A stretch of DNA of 64,000 nucleotides, from IMG/VR virus record IMGVR_UViG_3300020202_000061, positions 1 through 64,000 of that record; one strand, given 5' to 3'. Position numbers and translations under genes: made by a program. The notes beneath the pieces are model-generated. The model had not been told where the DNA came from and made no database searches. It saw only the letters and a program-made list of their open reading frames with translations. Of this stretch, positions 28,279 through 38,096 are shown piece after piece (the first letter of the stretch is position 1; every line of letters begins with the position of its first letter).

Positions 28279-28774
28279 GTCCCCCAGAACCTCCGTAAAC
28301 TGATACCCCACCTACACCAGCGAGACCGGGCTTCGGTGTTATCCAACTGCTCCCACCCCCACCGCCTCCAAACGAGACCATAAGCCTCAACCTACAATCC
28401 TGTTCCAGGATGTAGTGATTTCCCTCTTTATCCCTAAAAATCTTTCCAACATTATCTTGTCGAAATTTCCTGGCATTGTCCAGGAAAATCATACGATCCA
28501 TGGAGTTTCGGAACCACGGCTCCTTGTCGAGGAGATCAATTCCTTTGGATCGGAACCATTCCTGATCCAGGTGCTCCCCATAGACGAACCACGCCCGTTG
28601 ATATAGGTCGTCAAAGAACGGTCCATCCAAGTTGTGGTAGAGGATGCGCTCTGGAGTTACTCGGATGTGGTACTGCGAGTTGGAATAGGCAAAGGTCTGC
28701 CCGCTCACATTCGGTTCGAATGGTGGAGCCGGATCAAGAAAATCCTTCAGCTTCCGGGCCAAGGCTTTGAACAT
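28250..28774 (-). CDS. Hypothetical protein (PWF family)
   Basis: YHNLDGP, WFVYG, EPWFRNSMDRM; TTGACC-N17-TACATT promoter. Confidence 0.65.
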   Translation of the reverse strand: MFKALARKLKDFLDPAPPFEPNVSGQTFAYSNSQYHIRVTPERILYHNLDGPFFDDLYQRAWFVYGEHLDQEWFRSKGIDLLDKEPWFRNSMDRMIFLDNARKFRQDNVGKIFRDKEGNHYILEQDCRLRLMVSFGGGGGGSSWITPKPGLAGVGGVSVYGGSGGHGDTHTVTT

Positions 28775-28852
28775 GCACCCAATGTAAGGAATCCCCTCGA
28801 TCTGGTCAATCCCCTGGGGCCTAAATACCAGGATTAACGAGGGAATCCCCGA

Positions 28853-31729
28853 ATGGTGAGAAGGTTTTATTGGAGAGACGTACTCTGGGAAGGTGATATT
28901 GTTGACCTTTCATCGGTCGGTCCCGAGGGCGTAATCCTTCCGGCCGGAACCACCGGACAGCGTCCTCTCGCCCCGAACGAGGGCACAATCCGCTACAACA
29001 CCACGATCACCGGCACCGAGGTCTATCAGAACGGTGTTTGGGCACCAATTACCACGGCTGGAACCACCGGGTTCAGCACCGCGACCAATCTGGGCGCGGG
29101 CCAAGGTCTCCTGGTTACCCCGGTAATCCTGCCGAATCTCCAGTTCAAATCGTTGATTCCGGGCACCGGAGTCAGCTTCGTTGTTACCCCCACGGACATC
29201 CGTATCGACGCGCCGGGTATCGGTGAGGCCAATACCGCCGCGAACGTCGGCTCGGGTGTTGGCGTGTTCGACGGCAAGGTTGGTGTGAATCTGAACTTCC
29301 GCTCCATCGCCACAACCACACCGGGACAGATCGGGATCAGCAACTCCGGCGGTGGTGAGGTCCTGATCGACTTCGTGGGTAGTCTGGGTGAGATCAACAC
29401 CGGGTCTAACCTCGGTGGTGGCGCACAGATATTCGAGAGCAAGGTCGGCACGACTCTGCGATTCCGCTCAATAACCTCGGGTGGCGCACCGATCACGGTC
29501 ACCCAGAACGCCAACGACATCGCGATTGCGATTTCCCCGAACCCGGTTATTCCGGGCACCGCCAGCATGACGATTCCAGCCGGAACCACCGGTAGTGAAC
29601 CTGCTGCGGTCAACGGCATGATTCGTTACGACACCACCCTCCAACAGTTCCGTGCCGTTATCAATGGGGTGTGGAGCACCATCTCAACCACCGCTGGAAC
29701 CTTCCTGCCACTCTCTGGTGGATCAATGACCGGCAACATCTCCATGACGGGTGGTTCGGATATTCTATTAGGGGCGGGTTCTGACATCACCTTCGCAGGT
29801 GGTTCTCTGATCATGACCTCAGGGTCCGGCATCAATATGACTGCTGGCGGCAACATCACCATGGCTCCGGGTGCAACCGTCGATAGCCGCGATGTCAGTG
29901 CGGATGGTCTGGTTATGGACTCGATCAACGGTGCCGGTAACGGGATCGTTGTGAAAACCAACTCCAACGTGTTTAACCGCCGCACTCTCACAGGTACGAC
30001 CGATCAGATCACCATAACCAACGGAGATGGTGTCAGTGGCAATCCGACTTTTGCCATCACCACGGACCCGGTCATTCCCGGAACCGGTGCGATCACGATT
30101 CCGTCCGGAACCGATGCCCAACGTCCTGGCTCACCTGTAAACGCCATGCTTCGTCAGAACACCGATTCGGGATTGCCCGAGTATTTCTTTGGTGGTGGTT
30201 GGAATGAATTCATTACTCAGGTCGGTGGAGTTCTCCGGGGTAACCTCGTCCTAGACACCGGCAATATCACGATGATCGGTAACGAGACCGTGGACGGCCG
30301 TGATCTAAGTCAAGACGGTATTGTGATCGATCAGATCAATGCGATTTCCAATGATTCTGGTGTGTTGGTCCGTTCTGGTGGTGCGGTAGTTTCCCGCGAA
30401 ATTAGCCCGGCTGCGGCCTCGCATCTAAATGGCATCAGTGTGACCAACGGCAACGGTGCCGGTGTGATCGAGATCGGTTTGGATATCAATGGTCTGCCCT
30501 CGATCAGCGGTCTGAATCTGGCCGACTCCATCGTGGTCTATGACAGTGGAAGCTCTGCCAATACCAAAGCCACGATCAGTGACTTTGCTGCGTTCGTCGG
30601 TACTGCGGGTCTCGACTCTTTGTTCCTGAACACCATCGGCGATACCCAGTACGGCGACATCCGTATGGATGGCGCGAACATGACGTTCACGAACAATCGT
30701 GCATCGGTTGTGGGAACCTTTGGGGCGGTATCGGGACCGGCGGGAACAATCACCATCAATGGTATTGGACCGATCACAATCAATGCGGGTTCTAATGCGG
30801 GGGTCATGGCCACGGCCATCAATAACTTCCCCGGTATCATCTCGGATGGAACAATTGTGGCCGATGCAGTCGGATCGCCCACGGCCTTGCGTATCTACAA
30901 GACCGGTGGTGGAGACTTAATTCTGGCTGACACCAGTAATACACCATTGGCAGACGTAGGCATCACCCCAGGCACATATAACCCGATTGGGCGAGTTGAT
31001 GGACGTGATGTCAGTGCAGACGGAGCGGTCCTCGACAATATCAACACCACTGCTCAATTCGGATTCGTAGCTCGCACCGCAGATGGTGCACCAGCCACGT
31101 TCGCTCGTCGCAGTATCACTGCAAGTGCCGTGGCCAACCGGCTCGGACTGAGTGTGACCAACGGTAATGGCGTGGTGGGTAATCCCGAGGTGGGTCTGAA
31201 CATTACCGGACTGACCAATATCGGAACTATTGCTGGTGCCGATGAAATTCCGATCTTTGATCAGAACATCACGACCAATCGCAAGGCCAACATGAACGAT
31301 GTGTTGACGTTCATTCGTGCGAACGCCAACAACACCATGGTCCGTGCTCAGTCGTTGAATCTTGCCATCTCGAACGGCATGAACGCGACGATCAACCTGA
31401 CCACGGTCATCTTCGACAATGATGGTTCGTTCAATAACCTTACGGATACCCTGACGATTCCAGTCAATGGTATCTATAGGATGACTGCCTACATCGAGGT
31501 CGGACTGGCCACGGTATCCGGACGTTATGAGATCAGAATGCGTCGTAACGGTACGGCCGAGGGTAATATTGGAGTGGTCGAGTCGAACGCCGCGAACACC
31601 TTCACGGCTTATGCCGACGATATGTTCCAATGCACTGCTGGTGATGCATTCACCGTCGAACTCAACAACACATCGGGCAGTGCCTCGACGATTCCGGCAA
31701 TTCGCTGGATCGTGCAGCGTGTCTTCTGA
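28853..31729 (+). CDS. Tail fibre / virion structural protein
   Basis: TAAATA at 28822; repeated P.GT...P....G.IRY, GE.NT..N.G.G..KVG..L.FRSI and VDGRDVSADG modules; C1q-like beta C-terminus. Confidence 0.8.
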   Translation: MVRRFYWRDVLWEGDIVDLSSVGPEGVILPAGTTGQRPLAPNEGTIRYNTTITGTEVYQNGVWAPITTAGTTGFSTATNLGAGQGLLVTPVILPNLQFKSLIPGTGVSFVVTPTDIRIDAPGIGEANTAANVGSGVGVFDGKVGVNLNFRSIATTTPGQIGISNSGGGEVLIDFVGSLGEINTGSNLGGGAQIFESKVGTTLRFRSITSGGAPITVTQNANDIAIAISPNPVIPGTASMTIPAGTTGSEPAAVNGMIRYDTTLQQFRAVINGVWSTISTTAGTFLPLSGGSMTGNISMTGGSDILLGAGSDITFAGGSLIMTSGSGINMTAGGNITMAPGATVDSRDVSADGLVMDSINGAGNGIVVKTNSNVFNRRTLTGTTDQITITNGDGVSGNPTFAITTDPVIPGTGAITIPSGTDAQRPGSPVNAMLRQNTDSGLPEYFFGGGWNEFITQVGGVLRGNLVLDTGNITMIGNETVDGRDLSQDGIVIDQINAISNDSGVLVRSGGAVVSREISPAAASHLNGISVTNGNGAGVIEIGLDINGLPSISGLNLADSIVVYDSGSSANTKATISDFAAFVGTAGLDSLFLNTIGDTQYGDIRMDGANMTFTNNRASVVGTFGAVSGPAGTITINGIGPITINAGSNAGVMATAINNFPGIISDGTIVADAVGSPTALRIYKTGGGDLILADTSNTPLADVGITPGTYNPIGRVDGRDVSADGAVLDNINTTAQFGFVARTADGAPATFARRSITASAVANRLGLSVTNGNGVVGNPEVGLNITGLTNIGTIAGADEIPIFDQNITTNRKANMNDVLTFIRANANNTMVRAQSLNLAISNGMNATINLTTVIFDNDGSFNNLTDTLTIPVNGIYRMTAYIEVGLATVSGRYEIRMRRNGTAEGNIGVVESNAANTFTAYADDMFQCTAGDAFTVELNNTSGSASTIPAIRWIVQRVF

Positions 31730-31740
31730 GGAATTTATAG

Positions 31741-32499
31741 ATGCCACTTCTTGGTCTTACACCGAAGAATAGATTTTGGGAGCGTATCAGTCTTCCTGTG
31801 GTGGCCTCGCTCACACCGGGTCCCTACACGAATCCGTCGATGACGGTGGACGAATATGGGCGTGTCACCACGATCAGTTCGAATCCGTTGACCGCGTCCA
31901 TGAACATGTTCGACGAGGGTGGTATCGTTGCGGGTGGTCCATTCAGCCGGATCAACTTCGCTGGAGCCGGTGTTCTCGCCACAAACGGAGGCGGCGGACA
32001 GCTTACCGTGACCATCTCGGGTGGTTCGGCAGGTATCGGAATCGAAAAGAACGCGGTGCCTGTGGCTGGAGGACCTCACACGATTCTGAACTTCCAGAGC
32101 ACCGTGGTGAATCTGACCGATCAGGGTGGTGGTCGAGTTCTGATCACGATCTCTGAACCCGCGACCAACGTGAAGTATCGTATGGCTTCGGTTGCGTTGT
32201 TCGCCTCCACCAGTATTGGTGCTCCACTAGAGTCGAACGCGACGATCCGTCGTATTACAGTCGCCATCAACACAGCCTATTCGGTTGGCGCGACTATCCG
32301 TATCGAGGATGGGGGTGGGAACGTTTTGATGGCCACGGATAAGATCAATCCACAACTCACTGGTATCTACGAGGTGGAACTAGCCAATGTATCGGCTCAG
32401 GTCGGTGTGGGTAATGAGCAGTTGGTCGCTGTGGTTAGTGGTGCGCCCGTGGCGGGTGTTGCTGTGGTGACCATCTGGTACCTGCTGCCGTCTGCATAA
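31741..32499 (+). CDS. Virion structural protein (fibre-associated)
   Basis: TPGPYTNPSMTVDEYGRVT motif typical of phage fibres; internal VAGGP..INF repeat. Confidence 0.7.
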   Translation: MPLLGLTPKNRFWERISLPVVASLTPGPYTNPSMTVDEYGRVTTISSNPLTASMNMFDEGGIVAGGPFSRINFAGAGVLATNGGGGQLTVTISGGSAGIGIEKNAVPVAGGPHTILNFQSTVVNLTDQGGGRVLITISEPATNVKYRMASVALFASTSIGAPLESNATIRRITVAINTAYSVGATIRIEDGGGNVLMATDKINPQLTGIYEVELANVSAQVGVGNEQLVAVVSGAPVAGVAVVTIWYLLPSA

Positions 32500-32506
32500 A
32501 ATGAAA

Positions 32507-32539
32507 ATGGGGAAGGCTAACGCGCGTTCCCTTCCCCAT
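32507..32539. terminator. Terminator hairpin between convergent genes
   Basis: ATGGGGAAGG-N13-CCTTCCCCAT with a T-tract on the minus strand. Confidence 0.65.
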
Positions 32540-32694
32540 CCATCCGAATCCTCTGGTCGGCGTCAAGCACAGGCACCACCGGCTTTCATGGGTCTCTGTT
32601 TATGGTACAGCGACAAAACCGAGTTGTTTCACGACGTTTGGGCAAGGCACATACCTGAACAACCCTACAACGACCTGCCTTCTCGTACCAACCT

Positions 32695-33585
32695 TTAGGG
32701 CTGGGGAACATAACGGTTCAGAACCTCACGGAGGTCCCTCGCCATTGCCTCGATGTCCGGGTCAATTCTGATGGCCTCGGACAGACTACCATAGTGCATC
32801 TCCAAGCATTCCAGCAGAAGAGCTTTGATGGCCTCTTCGTCTGGTCTGTTCCTCAATGTAGACTTGGCATTGAGGTCTTCAAGATGCTTTTCCTTCTTGG
32901 TGAACCAATCCTTCAACTCATCCAGGGTCCACTCACCACGACGGATCGACTTTAGCTGTTCGCGATTCGCTTCCAAGTCGAGGTCATGGAGATCGAGAAT
33001 CTGTTCGCACTCGTTCGCCAATCGCACAACATGATAGGCGAACTTCGTGTCGTAACCGAACTTCTCGACCAATTCCATACGCTTCGGATTGGTCGTGTTG
33101 CGCTTGCCGATGGCGTTCATCTGAGCGTAGGCGTAGCCCTTGAACTTCGGAAACGCCCCACGATGCAGGAACAGCTTTCTGTGCTCGCGTACTCTTTCAC
33201 CGATCTGCGTCGTATGAAGGACGCAGCGACGAGGCGTAAACAACGAGTCCACCATGTTCGGGTTGTTCTCCATGCACAGGTGGAAATACTTCACGATGTT
33301 GTAGACCGAGAAGTCATATTCCTTTCTGGCGGATTCGTCCTTCACATGGTGTTGCTGCCACTGCTCGAAGCGCTCTTTCTGGCGACCGAATCCCATGATC
33401 TCCCCACGCAGATGCGGGAAAACCATGTCCTTGTGGGGCACACAGAATCCGTAAACGTCGCTGTCGGAGGTGTCCGAGGATACGCCATAGGCCACCGAGC
33501 CCATCAACGTAAGATAATGGGTGTTATCCGGGAGATATGGCGGGGGTTGAATCAACCCCTTCTTTTTCAGGTCGTGGAGTAGCAT
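32695..33585 (-). CDS. DNA polymerase beta superfamily nucleotidyltransferase (RlaP-like)
   Basis: GSVAYGVSSDTSDSDVYG, NNPNMVDSLF, FKGYAYAQM, GYDTKFAYHVVRL, LKSIRRGE. Confidence 0.85.
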   Translation of the reverse strand: MLLHDLKKKGLIQPPPYLPDNTHYLTLMGSVAYGVSSDTSDSDVYGFCVPHKDMVFPHLRGEIMGFGRQKERFEQWQQHHVKDESARKEYDFSVYNIVKYFHLCMENNPNMVDSLFTPRRCVLHTTQIGERVREHRKLFLHRGAFPKFKGYAYAQMNAIGKRNTTNPKRMELVEKFGYDTKFAYHVVRLANECEQILDLHDLDLEANREQLKSIRRGEWTLDELKDWFTKKEKHLEDLNAKSTLRNRPDEEAIKALLLECLEMHYGSLSEAIRIDPDIEAMARDLREVLNRYVPQP

Positions 33586-33829
33586 CTAACGCACCTCGCA
33601 GGGCCGCCAACGCGGCCTCCGGGCTTGCGTAGCTGCCAATCAGTTGGGGATCACGGAAGCTCATAAAGATCGACTCGCTGTTGTACCAGCGGACAATCCC
33701 ATGTCCTTCGAATCGACCATTGCCGGGATAACGCGGAAACCATCGGGTCCTCCTACGAGACCTGGGGACGAAGTTGTGATCCTGTTCGAGGAGCCTACCG
33801 ATCTCCTCGTAAAACTGTTTCTCTTCCAT
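33524..33829 (-). CDS. Hypothetical protein
   Basis: Start at ATG 33829; RRTRW..R.PGNGRF.G.G motif; TTGACA promoter upstream. Confidence 0.65.
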   Translation of the reverse strand: MEEKQFYEEIGRLLEQDHNFVPRSRRRTRWFPRYPGNGRFEGHGIVRWYNSESIFMSFRDPQLIGSYASPEAALAALRGALDATPRPEKEGVDSTPAISPG

Positions 33830-33886
33830 CCTCCAGGTATCTACACAAAAATCCTGGAATGTCAAGAGAATCCTTGGGATAAGTGA

Positions 33887-34594
33887 TTAGATGCTGAGTT
33901 CCTGATCGATGGCCCGACCATGACACTGGGTCAACTTGTCCAGATAACCGGTGTTGCGGAGAACCTTGAACGCAAGGTTCTCGACCCGTGATTCCCCGCC
34001 CTTGGCAAGTCCAGCCTGACGCATACCCCAGACCTTATCCTTGATCTTGTTGATGGCCTCGGGATTCCTGCACGGAGGCAAATTGTCGATTATGTGCACG
34101 ATATGAGCGACCTTCCTGCGAATGGCCGGTTCATTGATCTGGGGTTTCTGATAGGTCGGCTTCTTTAGCCAGTCATCACGAAGCAGGGAATACTCACCCT
34201 GGGTCACTGCGGGTTCCTTGGTGTCCTCCACGTAGAGTTCCACCGGGAAGCCGTGCACGGTGATGTCACGGGCATCGTTCCAGATACGCTTCTTCGATTG
34301 GATGTAGTCGTCAAGGAGTTCCGGGCAAAGTTCACGAAACTGGTCGAAATCCACGATCAGATGCAGATCAATATCCCGGAACTTTGTCCAGTTGAATCCG
34401 GCCGAGGAGCCGGTTACCACCACATCCTCCACGCGAAGGCCCGGAATCTTCAAGTAGGTCAGGAAGGCTTCGGCGATCCTCATCAGGGCCTCACGGACCT
34501 CCGGGCGCATCTCAAACCCCTGCCATACAGCGGGGTTCAGTTCTTCGTGGTACTGGATCGTGTCCAGGGGGTCTTGTAGCTCGTTGAGTCTCAT
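33887..34594 (-). CDS. Nucleotidyltransferase (pol beta-like), late, with MRLNEL leader
   Basis: VTGSSAGFNW..DIDLHLIVD, VELYVED, RQAGL..GGE.RVENLAFKVLR; TAAATA at 34601. Confidence 0.8.
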   Translation of the reverse strand: MRLNELQDPLDTIQYHEELNPAVWQGFEMRPEVREALMRIAEAFLTYLKIPGLRVEDVVVTGSSAGFNWTKFRDIDLHLIVDFDQFRELCPELLDDYIQSKKRIWNDARDITVHGFPVELYVEDTKEPAVTQGEYSLLRDDWLKKPTYQKPQINEPAIRRKVAHIVHIIDNLPPCRNPEAINKIKDKVWGMRQAGLAKGGESRVENLAFKVLRNTGYLDKLTQCHGRAIDQELSI

Positions 34595-34599
34595 GAATT

Positions 34600-36537
34600 T
34601 TATTTAGCCCATGCCATGTAATCACTGAAAGCTCGAAACTTCTGTTGAGCTTCCTGGGGGTTGTTCACGTAGAGTGCTTGGAGATATTCCCAGATCAGAT
34701 CGAAGATCACTTTTGGTTTCACCTGGAGCTTACTCTCCTGATAGGCGTCATGAAGATCACTAGAAACTGCCGCTAGAATCTGATCGATTTTGCGTGCTCC
34801 GAAGAACTGTTGGATCATGGTCAGGGCGATTCCGGACTTCCTGGTGTATTGGTCGATCTGCGGGATGATCGGTTTGATCTTCTCACGATATGCAATGTAG
34901 TTCCGGAGCATCTTGTAGGTCTCCGGATATACGCGAAGAGTGTTTAGCAGACCCTGGAGAATCGGCTCTGGCATCTTATCATAATTGGTTACGACCGGTT
35001 CCAGGGCATGGGCTGGATTGTTGTCGATGTCTTTGATCTTCTTCATAACAATCTGAATTCCAGCCTGAGTGAGCTTCTTCCGGAATTGCTTGTCCGCGTT
35101 CATTCCAAACCGGAGCAATCCGATGATGGCCCGCACCGCATATTTGTTGACCCAATACCCGGAGGACCGAAGCACATTCAGGATGCGTTGCTGAATCCAT
35201 CCGGGTAGACGAGAGATCACCTGCTTCTCATCACGAGTGAATTCCTCACCCCAGCGATCCTGTTCCACATCTTGTTCTGGTCGGATCAGATTGAAAATCT
35301 TCTTCATGTAGGTATCGACATGAAGGTCCGGCGATGCACCTAAAATCACGGCGAAGCAGAACTGGAACAGGGTGCGTTTGATCTCGTCAAAACGACGCTC
35401 ATACTTGTCGTTGCCCCAGACACGAAACTCGATACGACCCTGGTGATCGCGAAATCCACTGATATTGAAGGTGCTGTATTTCTCAGCCTCTTGCGTGAAC
35501 ATGTCACGCATGGGCTGAACCAGCTTGGTAAACCCATCCTGACGAATGATCCGGGCAATGGCCCGGCTCGATTCACCACCGATCTTGGCTATCTGGTCCC
35601 GGAAATACTGACGAATTCGATCCAGAGGAGTCTGCGTGTAAGTGGATTTGCGACGGTCGAAATCCGAGAGCACACGTTCGTCACCCATGAACAGTGCAAC
35701 CTTGAACCAATCGATGTCCTCAAGCTGTTTGGGTTGTTTGAAACTGACCCGAATATGCAGGCCGGTATTGCTGTTGGTGTAGCCAGTTCGATCAATGAAC
35801 CGAAACATCTTCTCCAACCACTCCAGACCCTCTTGCATGTCCATCGCCGGAGATGAAATCTCAGCACCGCCTCGTGGATTATCCGAATCGTCAACCGTGC
35901 TATCAGCCATGACACGCCACACCGCACTTTGATGTCCGGGAATCTTCGCGTATTCACGTTCCTGATAAAGTTTAACTCCAAACTGTTCTTGGAAATCCTG
36001 AGCGAGCTTCCCGAAGATTTCACGTTGAGGTGGAAACACAGTGATATAATGACCATCCTCATCCTGCTGCACCGCATGCCTGAACGAGTAGCGGAAGTTA
36101 TTCAGGACCCATTCCGATCCTTTGATCCTCAACAAGGCGTGGGAAAGACCCATCATGTCGAGCCTATCCAGAATCAACATCAGATAAGGAAGATCACGAG
36201 CCCTCTCACCCCGCTTGATATTACCGAGCATATCCAGGTTGATTGGTTGCAAACCCAGGTTCTGATGAGAATTGTATTCCTGAACGAACTGATCCCAGTT
36301 ATGGATCAGGGAACGAGCGACCTCAAGCAGGGCAGACCCACCCTTCAACTCAATCAGGTCGAGGAGTTTGTCCCAATCCTTCAACCGAACTCGCTTGAAC
36401 CGGTAATGATTCGCACCACGCTCGTAATAGAACTCGACCTCGAAACCCATGCGGAACCAAGCCAGGATATTCGTGACATCCTTCCGGCTTAATTTGGCTC
36501 CCTCATAGAGCGGGGCAAGAAATTCGACAAGACGCAT
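34600..36537 (-). CDS. Putative amidoligase (COOH-NH2 ligase) domain protein, late, with MRLVEFLAPLYE leader
   Basis: MGFEVEF, WRVMADSTV, GAEISSP, TNSNTGLHI, KYSTFN, IEFRVWG; TAAATA at 36560. Confidence 0.75.
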   Translation of the reverse strand: MRLVEFLAPLYEGAKLSRKDVTNILAWFRMGFEVEFYYERGANHYRFKRVRLKDWDKLLDLIELKGGSALLEVARSLIHNWDQFVQEYNSHQNLGLQPINLDMLGNIKRGERARDLPYLMLILDRLDMMGLSHALLRIKGSEWVLNNFRYSFRHAVQQDEDGHYITVFPPQREIFGKLAQDFQEQFGVKLYQEREYAKIPGHQSAVWRVMADSTVDDSDNPRGGAEISSPAMDMQEGLEWLEKMFRFIDRTGYTNSNTGLHIRVSFKQPKQLEDIDWFKVALFMGDERVLSDFDRRKSTYTQTPLDRIRQYFRDQIAKIGGESSRAIARIIRQDGFTKLVQPMRDMFTQEAEKYSTFNISGFRDHQGRIEFRVWGNDKYERRFDEIKRTLFQFCFAVILGASPDLHVDTYMKKIFNLIRPEQDVEQDRWGEEFTRDEKQVISRLPGWIQQRILNVLRSSGYWVNKYAVRAIIGLLRFGMNADKQFRKKLTQAGIQIVMKKIKDIDNNPAHALEPVVTNYDKMPEPILQGLLNTLRVYPETYKMLRNYIAYREKIKPIIPQIDQYTRKSGIALTMIQQFFGARKIDQILAAVSSDLHDAYQESKLQVKPKVIFDLIWEYLQALYVNNPQEAQQKFRAFSDYMAWAK

Positions 36538-36598
36538 GGAATTATCCTGGTTGACCCGGTATTTAGGTCAGCCCGACCATGCTGGATTGTAAAATTTA

Positions 36599-37273
36599 TC
36601 AGAGTTTTTGGACTTCGATTCCTACGCGGATTTCTGCCCACACATCGGGATGAATCACATTCGACGTGAGCATGTCCTGGAGGAAATCACCGGAGGGTTT
36701 TTCCGGTTCCTCATCCCCAAAGATACAGCGGATCATCTTCTTGTAGCGCTCGCCCAAGAGCTTTCGATTCATCGCGTTGATGGTGGGATCAACCCCGTTC
36801 AGAACCAGCAAGAGGCGAGCCTCGCGATTGATGTAGGCCACCCGTGTGAATGCACGGGGGATGATCTCCCCCAGATGGCTGCATGTCCCCAGGGCGTCCA
36901 GAGATTCCTGCCAACCAAATCCGGCCAGGGTCAGATCGATAAGACGATCCCTGAAAAACCGAGTGCGCTGCTCACGAGTCAGATTGGGCATGGCCGCAAT
37001 CTTCTGTTCAGCCGCATCCTCGTCCGCAAACAGACTCAGGGGATGTAACTTGAGGCGGTCGATCTCAATGATTGCGAGACGACCATCGGCGGGGAACAAC
37101 GTGGCATTCCCAGCGAAGTGCAGAGCAAAGGCCGAATCCGTCAAGTAAACGCCTCGGGTGTTACTCTCCACCGTATGGGCGTAGTTGCCCTTGCGGACGC
37201 CCCTCGGCTTCAACCCGGCGTAGACCGCTTTCTCAGCCACACGCTCACAAGTTCCGTGATACAGAAAGTTCAT
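36599..37273 (-). CDS. ADP-ribosyltransferase-fold protein
   Basis: LYHGT..GLKPRG..GVYLTD..FA..IIEID..DED. Confidence 0.55.
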   Translation of the reverse strand: MNFLYHGTCERVAEKAVYAGLKPRGVRKGNYAHTVESNTRGVYLTDSAFALHFAGNATLFPADGRLAIIEIDRLKLHPLSLFADEDAAEQKIAAMPNLTREQRTRFFRDRLIDLTLAGFGWQESLDALGTCSHLGEIIPRAFTRVAYINREARLLLVLNGVDPTINAMNRKLLGERYKKMIRCIFGDEEPEKPSGDFLQDMLTSNVIHPDVWAEIRVGIEVQKL

Positions 37274-37279
37274 CGGGTC

Positions 37280-37342
37280 AATCTAACAGACCCGTTCATC
37301 CCGGTCAAGGTCTTTGACATTTCCAGGGGTTTCTGTTATATC
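37280..37342. promoter_or_regulatory. Back-to-back sigma70-type promoters
   Basis: Minus: TTGACC-N17-TAGATT (37308-37280). Plus: TTGACA-N17-TATATC (37314-37342). Confidence 0.7.
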
Positions 37343-37370
37343 TTCGGGATTCGTCACCCGGAGTCCGGTC

Positions 37371-38066
37371 ATGATTACCCATCCACCCAAATACCCGAGC
37401 ACTCCACACTGGCCGTGGTCCCAGAAGGTCCACCGTGACGACTCCTATCATGAGGAGCCAGAGTTCTTCCTGGGCAAGCGTGTGGTTATCACGGAAAAAC
37501 TGGACGGTGGGAATACCTGCCTCTGGAATGGGAACGTCTATGCCCGTTCCACCACGCTCCCGGCCGGTGACGGCTGGTTCGCCATGGTCAAGAAGCACCA
37601 TGCGTGGAAAACCCACAGCACACCCTGGATGGCTCTCTACGGGGAGGACCTCTACGGTATCCACTCCATCGAGTATGGTCCGGTCCATGAGGATCAGACC
37701 TATCGCATGTTCGCGTCCCGCCATTTCGATGAAACCTACGACCGTTTCATGGACTGGGATGAAACCTTCAATGACTCTGAAATATTCGACCTCCCATTGG
37801 TTCCAATCCGTTTCACCGGAACCTTCTACGAGGTTGATGCGATCACCAAGTGGTTCGAGAAGGAACTCCAGAAACCGTCCGAACTCGGCGGCCCCTGCGA
37901 GGGCTTCGTGATGCGAACCTGGGATGGGTTCGACGCGGTGGATTTCCGTCGCCACGTCTGCAAATATGTCCGTGCCAACCACGTCCAGACGGACGAGCAC
38001 TGGACCAAGAACTGGAAACCCTGTCCGATCCTGGAGCGAGGCGAACAGGTCTACGGGAAGAAGTGA
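37371..38066 (+). CDS. ATP-dependent RNA ligase family protein
   Basis: KYPSTPHWPWS, motif I TEKLDGGN, YGE, EGFVMR, KYVRANHVQTDEHW; start at ATG 37371. Confidence 0.85.
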   Translation: MITHPPKYPSTPHWPWSQKVHRDDSYHEEPEFFLGKRVVITEKLDGGNTCLWNGNVYARSTTLPAGDGWFAMVKKHHAWKTHSTPWMALYGEDLYGIHSIEYGPVHEDQTYRMFASRHFDETYDRFMDWDETFNDSEIFDLPLVPIRFTGTFYEVDAITKWFEKELQKPSELGGPCEGFVMRTWDGFDAVDFRRHVCKYVRANHVQTDEHWTKNWKPCPILERGEQVYGKK

Positions 38067-38096
38067 GGGGCGGGTCACGCCCGCCCCTCCTGGGTT

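Noticed and set aside
32501-32698. 65 aa plus-strand ORF after the fibre genes
   Set aside because: Runs through a terminator hairpin, has no RBS and lacks the genome's codon bias.
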